A DNA stretch of 10,175 bases. Origin: a bacterium (lineage in GTDB: Bacteria; SAR324; NAC60-12). Both the position numbers and the translations under genes were made by a program. The stretch lies in contig CBDDTI010000407.1 in the NCBI GenBank assembly GCA_965233585.1, positions 1-10,175 of the forward strand. The letters are read 5' to 3'. Shown in pieces: positions 1 through 9,789 of the stretch. How positions within the stretch are numbered: position 1 is the stretch's first letter; each line of letters opens with the position of its first letter. The notes below the pieces were generated by a model. It searched no databases. It was given only the letters and a program-made list of their open reading frames with translations, and was not told the origin of the DNA.

Positions 1-1119
1 GACTTTATTATTAACAGTAGTAACCTGTGATTCCACTGCATCTAATTGTACTTTATTGACAGCATCATCATTTGCAGTACCATCACCAAGTTTTGTTATC
101 TTTTTACCTTTCATATCAATCTGACCATTTACATCTAAATCGTCTGTCACTATTTTATTTACAGCAGTTATATCTTTTCCGTTCATATCAATAGGTGCTT
201 CAAAAACTGCTTTTTTGATTTTCAATGTAATAAAACCTGTCCCAAAGTAATGGTTCAATATCGTTTTGCTTTCCAGAGACACCATAAACAACAACAAAGA
301 TTTGAGTATCCTGTTCATAAGCTTCACCTGCTTTGTTTTTTAAAGCTATTTCAATATCTAAATCATCAAAACCATGATTAATAATAGCTTTGTAAAAATT
401 AATGACAGATCTGGTATGATTACTAGACTTTTTTGCATTAAATTTGCTAACTGATAGCGTACCACTCATTGCGTTTATGGTTATCTGATCAGGGTCAATT
501 TTATTAGAAAAACACATTTCATAAACCATAGTATAAGAGTCGATAGGTAAATAAACTACATCAATTGATAAACGCGTACTGTAGTAACCAATTTGAGAAT
601 CAGTCAATTCGAAAGAGATAAGTTTGTCTATTGACTTTGTGATAATCTTTATTAACCACGCCTACTTTATGTAAATCATCATCATCTTCTTTAACTAAAT
701 CATCCGTCATGACTTTTTGGAAAACATTTTCTTGTTGCGCAGCTCACATTGATGCTTCTTCTGACGCTTCTATCTTTGTATCAATCAGAGTTTCAAGAAC
801 AGTATTGTTCTCAACAATTGCATCAGCGACAAATTTTACATTAGCTGCATATGTGGCTTGGTGATCTTCAGGTTTTTTGAAATTAATGATGCTATGTTTA
901 GCCATATCAATATTGCTTTCCATAGCATCTGGATTTTTACGATTCAAAGCATTAGCAGAAACTTCTTTGATTGACTCTTCTAATTTACCTCTCTGATCTT
1001 TAAAATAACCAAAAGTAATAGCTTCATTTTTTTGAGTATCTGAAGCAGCTCCACTTGAGTCATCTTCAACAAAAGGTTTGATATTTATAATGGGATTGCC
1101 ACCCATGTCTAAATTTCCT

Positions 1120-1319
1120 GGTTGTCGCGATTTCTTCGACTGAATCGATAAAACGCACACGGCATCTGTGCAAAGCAGAATTTCTTTATTTTCTCTATTT
1201 TTACTATTTATATTTTTAGATCATGCTTATATAAATTAAAGTAGATTGTAAATATTTTTATTATTATTTTTATTATTTTTATTATTATTTTAAAAATAAA
1301 GTTCAAGTTCAAGTTCAAG
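1120..1319 (+). mobile_element. 5'-truncated non-LTR retroelement (LINE/SINE) 3' end, 200 bp
   Basis: Flanked by the direct repeat TTCCT (1115-1119 and 1320-1324). Ends in AATAAA followed by a (GTTCAA)3 microsatellite tail, after a T/A-rich 3'UTR-like stretch. Removal restores the fibre frame MQG-NLDM. Confidence 0.7.
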
Positions 1320-1875
1320 TTCCTTGCATTGAAAGATCACCTGATAATGGAAAATAAGTCGCTTTAGCACCACCAACAGTCAAAGCAGAATTATCCTGCG
1401 AAGAACTCTTAATTCCAATAATAGTGTGATCATTCATATTAAGGTTACCAGTCATAGATTTACTTCCATCTAATTTCAACACATCAGTTTCAGGTTTTCG
1501 TAATTTACTTATTTCTGCATCTACAAACGCTTTTGAAACAAGATCATTATTTCTGAAAAGGCCATCATAATAGGGTTCACAGTTTTTGATAGTCTTTTGT
1601 TTTAGATCAAAATCATTACCATCTTTGTCTACTTTGAGAAATTTTTCATTGAGATATTCTTTGTTGACGGCGCTCTTTAGGTCTCTGACTATATCATCGT
1701 AAGGATCATCATCTTTATGATCAGTGAGATTTCCAATTTTGAGAATCTTATTATTATCCATATCTAGATTTCCAGTCATAGCCTTGCTACCATCTAAACG
1801 TAGGACATTTTGTGGCTGCTGAGGAATCTTAGCGATTTCACCATCGACATATGACTTACTGGCTTTATCTGCAAT

Positions 1876-1999
1876 TGTTAGACGAGTCAAAAACTGCGCC
1901 ATGTGCGATTAGACAACTCAACTTTAATGCCAAATATGGGCATTACAAAATGGTCCAAAAAACTATGACGTAATTGAGCTAACAACAGCTATCATAACA
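1876..1999 (-). repeat. 3' LTR (124 bp)
   Basis: Direct repeat of 5440-5561, differing only by one extra A in each of two A-runs. Confidence 0.96.
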
Positions 2000-2010
2000 T
2001 CTTCCCTTTT
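2000..2010 (-). other. Polypurine tract (AAAAGGGAAGA)
   Basis: Purine run on the minus strand immediately abutting the 3' LTR. Confidence 0.9.
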
Positions 2011-2195
2011 AACAAAAAAATGACTGAGCAAAACTTACAGAATGAAACACTGGTAAGCTCCACAAAAATACTTATATATATATATAAAAATGAAAGAAAT
2101 AAAACAAAGAAATGTGAACAGTTTCTCAGAGTCCATAAAGTTCAGTAAACTAAGTCCTTGAGTCTCTCTGACAGTTCAACTACTCATTTAAAAGT

Positions 2196-2552
2196 TCAAG
2201 AGACAAAGTCACTGAATCTCTTTGGTGGTTCTACCACTCTGGTACGGGTGCACTTTGTGGGCACTGCAGGCACAGGATCTGGAGGAATATCTGACACAGA
2301 ATCAGAAGAGGTACAGGTTGCTGGATCAGGTAAGTTTGGGCTGTTTCCTTTTGGATCAGGAGCGGCAGCATCAGCAACAGGCTGTTCATTGGGAACTTCT
2401 GAGGGCACTTTCTGGGCAGTATTGGATGCTGACTGTTCCTTAGGCTTAAGAAAGTGTCTGTTTCAACGAATGTTATCGCTCCCAGTCTTCACCAGATAGG
2501 ATCTGTCTGATAGCTGTTCAACAAGGGTTCCAGCTTGCCAACTATGTCCTTT
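2196..2552 (-). pseudogene. Integrase C-terminal domain and tail, in-frame continuation of the polyprotein broken by two nonsense codons
   Basis: Past TAA 2553-2555 the frame reads KGHSWQAGTLVEQLSDRSYLVKTGSDNIR*NRHFLK (TGA 2463-2465 in the usual RRNR motif) and joins ORF 2196-2408, which ends TRTRVVEPPKRFSDFVS, a typical Mag-type tail. Confidence 0.88.
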
Positions 2553-5282
2553 TTAGAGAGGTGCTACTCTAACTTCTTGTCCAACTTCCAGCTGTGGTAG
2601 TGGGTGTGCTGACCGATCGTAATAGCTCTTTGCTTTCTGCCTTTTCAACTCGATCTTCTTTTCAACACCTTCAACAACTTGAGGGCGGAGCAGGGTTGAG
2701 GCTGTTGGCATTAGTGTCTTTGTTCTTCGTGACATGAGTCTTTGTGCTGGACTTGATCTAATGGTTTCAACAGGTGTGTTTCTGTATTCTAACATGGCAA
2801 GCCATGGATCTCTGCTATCCCGGAGGGCTTTCTTGAACAAGTTCTTAGTGACCTTCACTGCAGACTCTGCCTTGCCATTTGCCTTGTGATGATGTGGAGA
2901 AGATGTTACATGCTTGAATTCCCACTCTTCTGCGAATCGTCTGAACTCATGACTTACGAGTTGCGGTCCATTGTCAGATACCAGAACGTCTGGAATTCCA
3001 TGCCTGCTGAACTGTTCCTTTAAGAACTGTATGATGGTTGGAGAGGTCATGTCAGCTACTTCTTGGACTTCCACAAAGTCTGAATAGTAATCTACATGTA
3101 CTAAAACGACATACTCTTTCCTATGAAGAGTGAACATGTCAACGGCTACACGACTCCAAGGACGATCTGGAACTTTTGAAGTCTGCATGGGCTCTTTGGG
3201 GTTCCATGTCTGAAATTCTACACAGACTGAACACTGCGAGACAGCTTCCTTAATCTCACTGCTCATTCCAGGCCAGAAAAATGAATCTCGGGCCTTTCTC
3301 AAACATGACTCGATGCCAAGGTGGCTTGAGTGACTTCGTGCAATGATCTCAGGTCTGATCGTCTTGGGAATGATGATACGTTGACGCTTGAACAAGATGC
3401 CATTATGCAGAGAGATTTCATCCCGATAGTTCCAGTAATCTCTAATTGGAATAGGTACCTGGCTTTTCTGTTCAGGCCATCCTACCAACACGGTGGTCTT
3501 CAGGGTCTGAAGAACTGTATCCTGCTCTGTCGCTTTCTGCAGCTGAGCTAATCTTTCACTGGACACAGTTAATGATTCCAAGGGGTTTAAGGTTTCAACT
3601 TCCAATGCAAACACTTGAAACTCTTTGTCTTCCTCTCCTTGGCTGGCGAGGTAGATGCGGATCTTCTTTGGCTTAGCTACCACAACCATATTGCTTATCC
3701 ATTCTGTTGGGGCTGTCTCTTTAACAATGATGCCTCTTCTTTCTAGACCTTCCAGTTTTGCTTTCACTTCCTTCTTGAGGGCTATAGATATATGTCTGGA
3801 GGTGTGCTGTACTGGTGTTGCTGAGGGGTCTACTACAAAGCTGCTGGTGCCAATGTGTCCCAATTCTTTGAAGACGTCTTGATAATCTTGCAAGATACTC
3901 TGGGCTGTTAAGGGGGCTTGTTTCACATCTAAGGTTAAGACTTCAGTTTGTGATCCAAACTTGAGAAGTCCCAACTTTTGGCAGGTTTCGGCGGACAATA
4001 AAGGTTTGTTGGTACCACTGACAACTTGAAACTTGAGAACTTGAGGCTGTCTACCATGTATGACTTGAAGATTAACTTCTCCAAGAGACTTCATCAGGGA
4101 GCCATCAAACAATTTGAGCTTTGTTTTGCTGCTTTCTGTTTGAGGGTTGCCGTCCTGTTTGATGATTGATAGATCTCTGTAACTAATAACATTACAGGTT
4201 GCACCTGTATCCAGCTGACATTTGAGCTTGGTTTCGAGCTTGTTATGTTCACAATAGAAGGTGAGCATTGCGAACCAACGATTACCACAGGATTCTACAG
4301 ACGAAACATCTTCCACTTTGAGAACTGACTCCTCTGAATCTGAACTATCCTGACTTTCTTGTACGAAATTGACCACACCTTTCTTCTTAGCCATACAGAC
4401 ACTAGCAAAGTGATGCCATTTTTGACAATACGCGCAACGTTTGTTGTATGCCGGGCATTCATTTCGCTTGTGTTGAGAGCCACAGTTTTTGCACTTCCAG
4501 GTGATTTTAGGGTCTGCTATCGGTTTCTTTTTATCAGGGAGACGATTCTTTTTGTGTTTAAAGTTACCACTTGGCTGCTTCTTGAAGTTCTTGCCGTTCT
4601 CTTTTCCTACGAGATTCACTTCTTCTTTCGATGGGGCAGCGGTATCGGATTTCATGGTCTCTAGTTGCTTGTTGGTTATTTCGTTAGAGCGCGCAATGTC
4701 AATTGCTTTGTCGAGCGTGAGAGATTTCTCCCGTAAGAGCTTTCCTTTTGTTCCCCTGTCGATTATTCCAATGACCAATTTGTCGCGGATTAACTCATCG
4801 GTGAGCGTTCCAAACTTACAAGACGATGCAAATTTCCGAAGGCGAGTGACGTAACTGTCAACTGACTCCCCTTGATTTTGTTCACAAGAACTGAAGACAT
4901 ACCTTTCATAGACAACGTTGCGTTGGGGATTGAAGTAGTTTTCCAATGCAGTCATGCATGCTTCCACATTATTCCTGTCCTCGACCGAGATATTGAGGTT
5001 CAGGAAAGTTTGAAGGCAATCTTTTCCCATCACGGAGCGTAGCGATGCTAATCGTATTTTTGAAGTTTGTTTATCCAGACCAGTCGCGACTTCATAATCT
5101 TCCCACTGTTGACGGAAGAACTCCCGGTTGGCTACCAGGTTTCCTTTACAAACCATAGGAGCAGGGATCGGAAAATTTGAAGGGACATGCGAGTAAACGG
5201 CGGTAGCAGCGGTTCCTGACGTGGCTGGTCCAGTTGCTGTTGGAGCGGGCGGTGGTGTGCCTTCGCTTTCGTTGTCCGACAT
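2553..5282 (-). CDS. Gag-Pol polyprotein lacking RT/RNase H: Gag with two CCHC knuckles, aspartic protease, N-terminal RT stub, integrase
   Basis: Knuckles CKNCGSQHKRNEC and CAYCQKWHHFASVC; protease QLDTGATCNVI; RT start TEWISNMVVVAKPKKIRI with no YxDD; integrase HSSHLG..CSVC and catalytic VAVD..SDNGPQ..NGKAESAVK. Confidence 0.93.
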   Translation of the reverse strand: MSDNESEGTPPPAPTATGPATSGTAATAVYSHVPSNFPIPAPMVCKGNLVANREFFRQQWEDYEVATGLDKQTSKIRLASLRSVMGKDCLQTFLNLNISVEDRNNVEACMTALENYFNPQRNVVYERYVFSSCEQNQGESVDSYVTRLRKFASSCKFGTLTDELIRDKLVIGIIDRGTKGKLLREKSLTLDKAIDIARSNEITNKQLETMKSDTAAPSKEEVNLVGKENGKNFKKQPSGNFKHKKNRLPDKKKPIADPKITWKCKNCGSQHKRNECPAYNKRCAYCQKWHHFASVCMAKKKGVVNFVQESQDSSDSEESVLKVEDVSSVESCGNRWFAMLTFYCEHNKLETKLKCQLDTGATCNVISYRDLSIIKQDGNPQTESSKTKLKLFDGSLMKSLGEVNLQVIHGRQPQVLKFQVVSGTNKPLLSAETCQKLGLLKFGSQTEVLTLDVKQAPLTAQSILQDYQDVFKELGHIGTSSFVVDPSATPVQHTSRHISIALKKEVKAKLEGLERRGIIVKETAPTEWISNMVVVAKPKKIRIYLASQGEEDKEFQVFALEVETLNPLESLTVSSERLAQLQKATEQDTVLQTLKTTVLVGWPEQKSQVPIPIRDYWNYRDEISLHNGILFKRQRIIIPKTIRPEIIARSHSSHLGIESCLRKARDSFFWPGMSSEIKEAVSQCSVCVEFQTWNPKEPMQTSKVPDRPWSRVAVDMFTLHRKEYVVLVHVDYYSDFVEVQEVADMTSPTIIQFLKEQFSRHGIPDVLVSDNGPQLVSHEFRRFAEEWEFKHVTSSPHHHKANGKAESAVKVTKNLFKKALRDSRDPWLAMLEYRNTPVETIRSSPAQRLMSRRTKTLMPTASTLLRPQVVEGVEKKIELKRQKAKSYYDRSAHPLPQLEVGQEVRVAPL

Positions 5283-5426
5283 GTTGTGTTTTAGTGCTCG
5301 ATTTGCAGGGCGAATTCGGCGATTCCTCCACTTAGACTAACGACAACTGTTTCGGAGTAAAATTCCCTGTCGGCGATGAGGTTGTACTATTATCTCTCGG
5401 TGTATTTCTGACAGAAAATGTCTTTT

Positions 5427-5439
5427 ACTTCTGACACCA
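5427..5439 (-). other. Primer binding site, tRNA-Leu type (TGGTGTCAGAAGT)
   Basis: Directly follows the 5' LTR and is complementary to the ...ACUUCUGACACCA 3' end of metazoan tRNA-Leu(CAA), recalled from knowledge of that tRNA. Confidence 0.85.
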
Positions 5440-5561
5440 TGTTAGACGAGTCAAAACTGCGCCATGTGCGATTAGACAACTCAACTTTAATGCCAAATAT
5501 GGGCATTACAAAATGGTCCAAAAACTATGACGTAATTGAGCTAACAACAGCTATCATAACA
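5440..5561 (-). repeat. 5' LTR (122 bp)
   Basis: Direct repeat of 1876-1999; TG...CA termini; adjacent to the PBS. Confidence 0.96.
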
Positions 5562-6514
5562 GCAATAGCAATGTCTTGTCGAGCGTTTTCAGTGTCGACA
5601 TATTTTTTATTAGCAGCATTAGCCAGATATTTAGGATCACCTAAACCATCAATAAGATTACCATTGAGATTTAAATTCTCAAAATAGAGAATCTTATGAT
5701 TATCATCAACGTCACTGACATTAAAAATAGTATGGTCGAAACTAGTCGCCTGTTTGCCCTTAATTACTCTTGAATAAAAGAGAAATCTTACATTTTTATT
5801 ATAGTGATTACCATAATATCTTATTTGAAAAGTTATCTCACCTGCTCTGCCATCTGAAGAGAATTGAATAACTGATTTAGTATATTGATTAGATATTTTA
5901 TCACTATCGAATGTATTAATCATCTAATGACTATCACCATAGACATGATAAATTATTGTATCATCAACAAGAAAACCACCAGCATCACCAATAACAAATA
6001 TTTCAAAAATAGAAGTATACCTACCACTAGGTAAATTATCATTGACCATTTTTATACTAGACCATGCTTGCCCACTAAAACCAGTATCATAACCTTCTTT
6101 CTCAATTATATAAGCATCATTATGTGCTTTATGATTTTGAAAGAAATGGTCCAGCGATGTATTTGGTGGTGATTGTACAGTTAATTGACTCTTATCACCA
6201 AAGTCTTTATAAAATCGAAAACTGGGTTGTAAATGATAATTATTTTGACTAAATTGAGTATAAGCCTTTAATTGTCTCTTATTAACAGCATCACCATCAT
6301 CTGTAGAATCAGCTAAGTTTACTATTTTTTTATCGTTTAAATCAAGATTTCCAGTCATATTTTGAGAACCATCTCTCAGAATTAGATCGTTTTTATTTGA
6401 TTTATTTTGGTCTACGTATTTTTTTGTTGAAGCGTCTCCATCGTCAATTGGATTTCTTAGATCAGTTAATCGTTTTCCATCAATATCAAAATCACCATCA
6501 TCTGTTAGTTTAAA

Positions 6515-6568
6515 ACCAATACCAGGAAGACCAGGATCTCCTTTTTCTCCTTTTCCACCTTTTACTCC
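6515..6568 (-). repeat. Collagen-like Gly-X-Y stretch (6 triplets) at the N-terminal end of the fibre gene
   Basis: Translates GVK GGK GEK GDP GLP GIG, in frame with ORF 5924-6358. Confidence 0.8.
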
Positions 6569-6572
6569 AGAT

Positions 6573-7134
6573 TCAAGTTGCCCTTAAGAATTTATTTTTA
6601 GGGACATTGACTTCTCGGCACATTCTAGCTGTCTCATTAGCGCTAGGACTATCAAAAATACAGAAATGAGAGCAATTGAGTCGGATGTCTTTAGGAGTAA
6701 GATAGTAAGATTGGCTTAAATAGATGACACTGCAATTTTTATGACGACCACCAATAAAATATTGAACAAGAGGCTTTTCGTTCTTTTCACAAACAAAGTC
6801 ATCAAAGATAACTATTTTTTGTCATTATCTAATTGGTCTAGAGGAATTATTTCATCATTACTCGCCTCTATCACCTGATAACGGACCTCTTCAGAAATAG
6901 GTCTGAATGTTTCTAATAGTTTTCTATACTTCGGTTGTTCTAGATTTTTGGAAAACAAGTAAATCTTATCATAGTAGAGAAGATTATAGAGCATATGCAT
7001 AAAAGAGTATTAGTTTTACCACAACCACTAGGACCACACATTAACATTCGAAAAGTATTAGAAGGCATATAAGGGAGTAGTCTTTTGTAATCGCTGTCAC
7101 TTTCAGAAATTAAATCATAATTAGGGATTTTCAT
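6573..7134 (-). pseudogene. A32/FtsK-like viral DNA packaging ATPase (frameshifted, probably C-terminally truncated)
   Basis: Walker A GPSGCGKT in ORF 6940-7134, continued by ORF 6812-7000, then a third frame QKIVIFDD (Walker B)...FIGGRHKNCSVIYLSQSYY..PKDIRLNC, which are the A32-family motifs. Frameshifts lie in homopolymer runs near 7001-7004 and 6815-6820. Confidence 0.9.
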
Positions 7135-7241
7135 CTATATTAAAGTAGAATATAAAATTTAAGTAGCTGCAATAGCTACAGAGACAGAATGATTCAATGT
7201 ATGTCACATTGTATGAACATTTATTTTAATACTTTAATTAT
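7135..7241. promoter_or_regulatory. Divergent intergenic region, putative bidirectional viral promoter
   Basis: 107 bp AT-rich spacer between divergent ATGs at 7134 (-) and 7242 (+). Both ATGs are preceded by TACTTTAAT. Confidence 0.5.
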
Positions 7242-8254
7242 ATGAGTCTCTCAAAATGGAAAGACTTAGCTGCGGAGAAGACAAAGACAGGTAGATGAAG
7301 CAAAATCTATTTGATGAAATAACAGCAGAAAAAATAAGGTCAAAGACGACTGATCAAGCTATTGCAAAGACTTTTAGACTTGATAGGCTTGATCAAATAG
7401 CAGAACAGACTAAACCCAAAGCTAAAAGACAAGTAAGATTCCAAATTCCATGAATTAATAGAGATGGTGATATTGATTATGCTCCAGAAGTAGATCCCTA
7501 GGAAGATATGGATGTAGAAGGATTGTTAAATCTCCAAGATTACGTAGCGCCTGGAACAGAAAAACAAATAGCTAAGATGCCAAAACAAGCGCCAAAATAT
7601 GAAATAGATCCTAGTTTTTGGCAACTTCCTACTGAACCTCCACCTCTATATGAAGAAAAAGATCCTTTAGCAATTGAGGGTCCAGCCGCAGACCTTGATA
7701 ATGATGAAGATGAAGGTGAAGACGTAAGCGAAGCTAATAAGATTTTAGATCAATTGGGACTTCCTAATTATAATGATGTTGAAAGGAGATTAGCCGAACT
7801 TGAAATAACAGCTACTAAACAAAGAAATTATCTCAATTATGTTATAAAAACGCAGAGACAAGAAGAAGACAAGTAACTGCTTTGAAATCAGATGCAACAA
7901 AAAAATTCAATAAAGTCATAATCACTGAAGAATCAAAAAACATAGCACATAATAGGTCTGATGAATTACGAAAAGAGATTAATGATTATATTAAACATTA
8001 TAAATTCAAAAGTAAATCAATCAAAGGTTATGGTCTTAAAAGTGGTCAAAGAGGAAGAGGAGCCTATTTTTTTTAATGATGCAAAAGAAATGCTGCAAAA
8101 GTTAACTCTGATTATTGCAGAAATGGAGGCAGGTAATACTAGTCTCCAGATGAGAAACATGGGACAAAGTATCCTAGATGCACTCTTACACTCAAAACAT
8201 ATAAACAAGCAGCAATACCAACATTTAGTCAAAAAATATTTTCCAACTTTATAA
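7242..8254 (+). pseudogene. Polinton/adintovirus-type uncharacterised protein with acidic middle and C-terminal KL.LIIAEMEAGN motif (~335 aa reconstructed)
   Basis: ATG at 7242 (MSLSKWKDLA), frameshift ~7293, stops at 7451 and 7499, ORF 7508-7876, frameshift ~7848 into 7882-8076, frameshift in the T-run 8066-8074 into the end of 7961-8254. The C-terminal helical AGN motif resembles, from memory, a conserved Polinton-like gene found next to penton. Confidence 0.65.
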
Positions 8255-8258
8255 TATA

Positions 8259-9211
<953 letters not shown>

Positions 9212-9237
9212 TTTAACCAAAATATCTCTTTAATTAC

Positions 9238-9579
9238 ATGAAATCGAGAGAGTTTAAAAAAATTTATCACCCATCTTTGGGTAGATATGTCTATGAACAC
9301 AGAGGCAATGGACTAATTGTCGACAATATTATGAAACCACTTAAGGGTGCTCTTAGTGCTGCTGCAAGAGAAGCTGGAAGAGCAGTAGCTAAAAAAATAG
9401 GTAAAAAAGCATCTAAAACAGCAAAAGCTGCGACAGCGAAGGCAACAGCAAAGTCTGCAAAATCAGGTGATCTTATAAGGAAAAGACTTACACAATTGGG
9501 GGCTCCAAAAACTCCCCGAGGCAGAAGCCGGGTGTCACGAAATTGTTTTTTTTTTTTTGTCATAATTGTTTGCGTTTAG
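9238..9579 (+). CDS. Small basic Lys/Ala-rich protein, candidate virion core or membrane-active precursor; 3' end probably replaced by foreign sequence after ~9520
   Basis: Starts 26 nt after the penton stop and has the same upstream motif as neighbouring genes. HRGNG is followed by an amphipathic LIVDNIMKPLKGAL and a K/A-rich tract. The C-terminal FFFFVII comes from a poly-T run. Confidence 0.6.
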   Translation: MKSREFKKIYHPSLGRYVYEHRGNGLIVDNIMKPLKGALSAAAREAGRAVAKKIGKKASKTAKAATAKATAKSAKSGDLIRKRLTQLGAPKTPRGRSRVSRNCFFFFVIIVCV

Positions 9580-9789
9580 TTTAGGTTTTGTTTCAGTGTG
9601 TTTTGTTTGGTAGGAATTTGGCACTACGTAACGCATTACGTAACTTTTGTAACCTTAGAGTAATTAATATTCCAATATTCTTTAATTGTATTGTGTAGTC
9701 AGTTAGATCTACGTATCAAAAATAATGTACTTTATACAATTAAGTGTGTAATTAGTGTTCTTTGCGGTAACTTTCTTTGTAGCGTTTAT

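Larger units (their letters stand above)
1876..5561 (-). mobile_element. Ty3/Gypsy LTR retrotransposon (Mag/K02A2.6-like), internally deleted and non-autonomous, 3686 bp
   Basis: Two LTRs with TGTTA...TAACA ends, 5-bp TSD GCAAT (1871-1875, 5562-5566), PBS, PPT, a Gag-PR-(RT stub)-IN ORF, and visibly higher GC than the flanks. Confidence 0.96.
1..6583 (-). pseudogene. Long virion fibre/adhesin-like protein (>900 aa in window after removing insertions): collagen-like triplets, repeated LDGS..MTGNLDM / DA.NK.YVD units and two beta-rich globular domains
   Basis: ORF pieces 5924-6358, 5525-5923, 1315-1902, 744-1160 and 200-607, plus the open frames at 6359-6583, ~604-743 and 1-210, join into one protein. 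Lesions: TAG at 5924-5926, Gypsy insertion (QDIAIA|DKASKSYVD rejoins in frame), LINE-tail insertion (SMQG|NLDMGGNP rejoins in frame), TGA at 744-746, frameshifts near 603 and 211-216. The frame runs off the left edge as ...KKITKLGDGTANDDAVNKVQLDAVESQVTTVNNKV. Confidence 0.8.

Noticed and set aside
1254..1319. TTATTTT and GTTCAA tandem repeats as a CRISPR-like or telomeric array
   Set aside because: Too short, no spacers, and explained as the 3' tail of a non-LTR element.
2760..3350. Integrase as the Polinton's own rve integrase
   Set aside because: It is fused to Gag-PR and enclosed by LTRs with a TSD, so it belongs to the Gypsy element.
2158..4854. Plus-strand ORFs 2158-2499, 2222-2443, 3330-3551, 3655-3882, 4359-4664, 4489-4854 and short alternative-frame minus ORFs (4094-4288, 4295-4483)
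   Set aside because: Antisense or out-of-frame shadows of the Gypsy polyprotein with no recognisable motifs.
5146..5331. 61 aa minus ORF overlapping the gag start
   Set aside because: Out of frame with gag, non-ATG start, no motif.
5418..5687. 89 aa plus-strand ORF
   Set aside because: Spans PBS, LTR and the antisense of the fibre gene, so it is a junction artefact.
5924..5926. Programmed stop read-through or alternative genetic code (TAG immediately before ATG)
   Set aside because: In-frame stops across the window are a mix of TAG, TGA and TAA and co-occur with frameshifts and TE insertions; simple decay explains them.
1..7134. Interpretation as a bacterial prophage tail fibre plus ATPase
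   Set aside because: Eukaryotic LTR, LINE and MITE insertions, an A32-type ATPase, a penton-like gene and no Shine-Dalgarno motifs all point to a eukaryotic endogenous virus.
7163..7179. Small hairpin GTAGCT-N5-AGCTAC in the divergent spacer
   Set aside because: A 6 bp stem is within chance expectation, and no function can be supported.
9624..9644. Duplicated TACGTAAC with TACGTA palindromes
   Set aside because: Very short, lies in repeat-like DNA, and has no supporting context.
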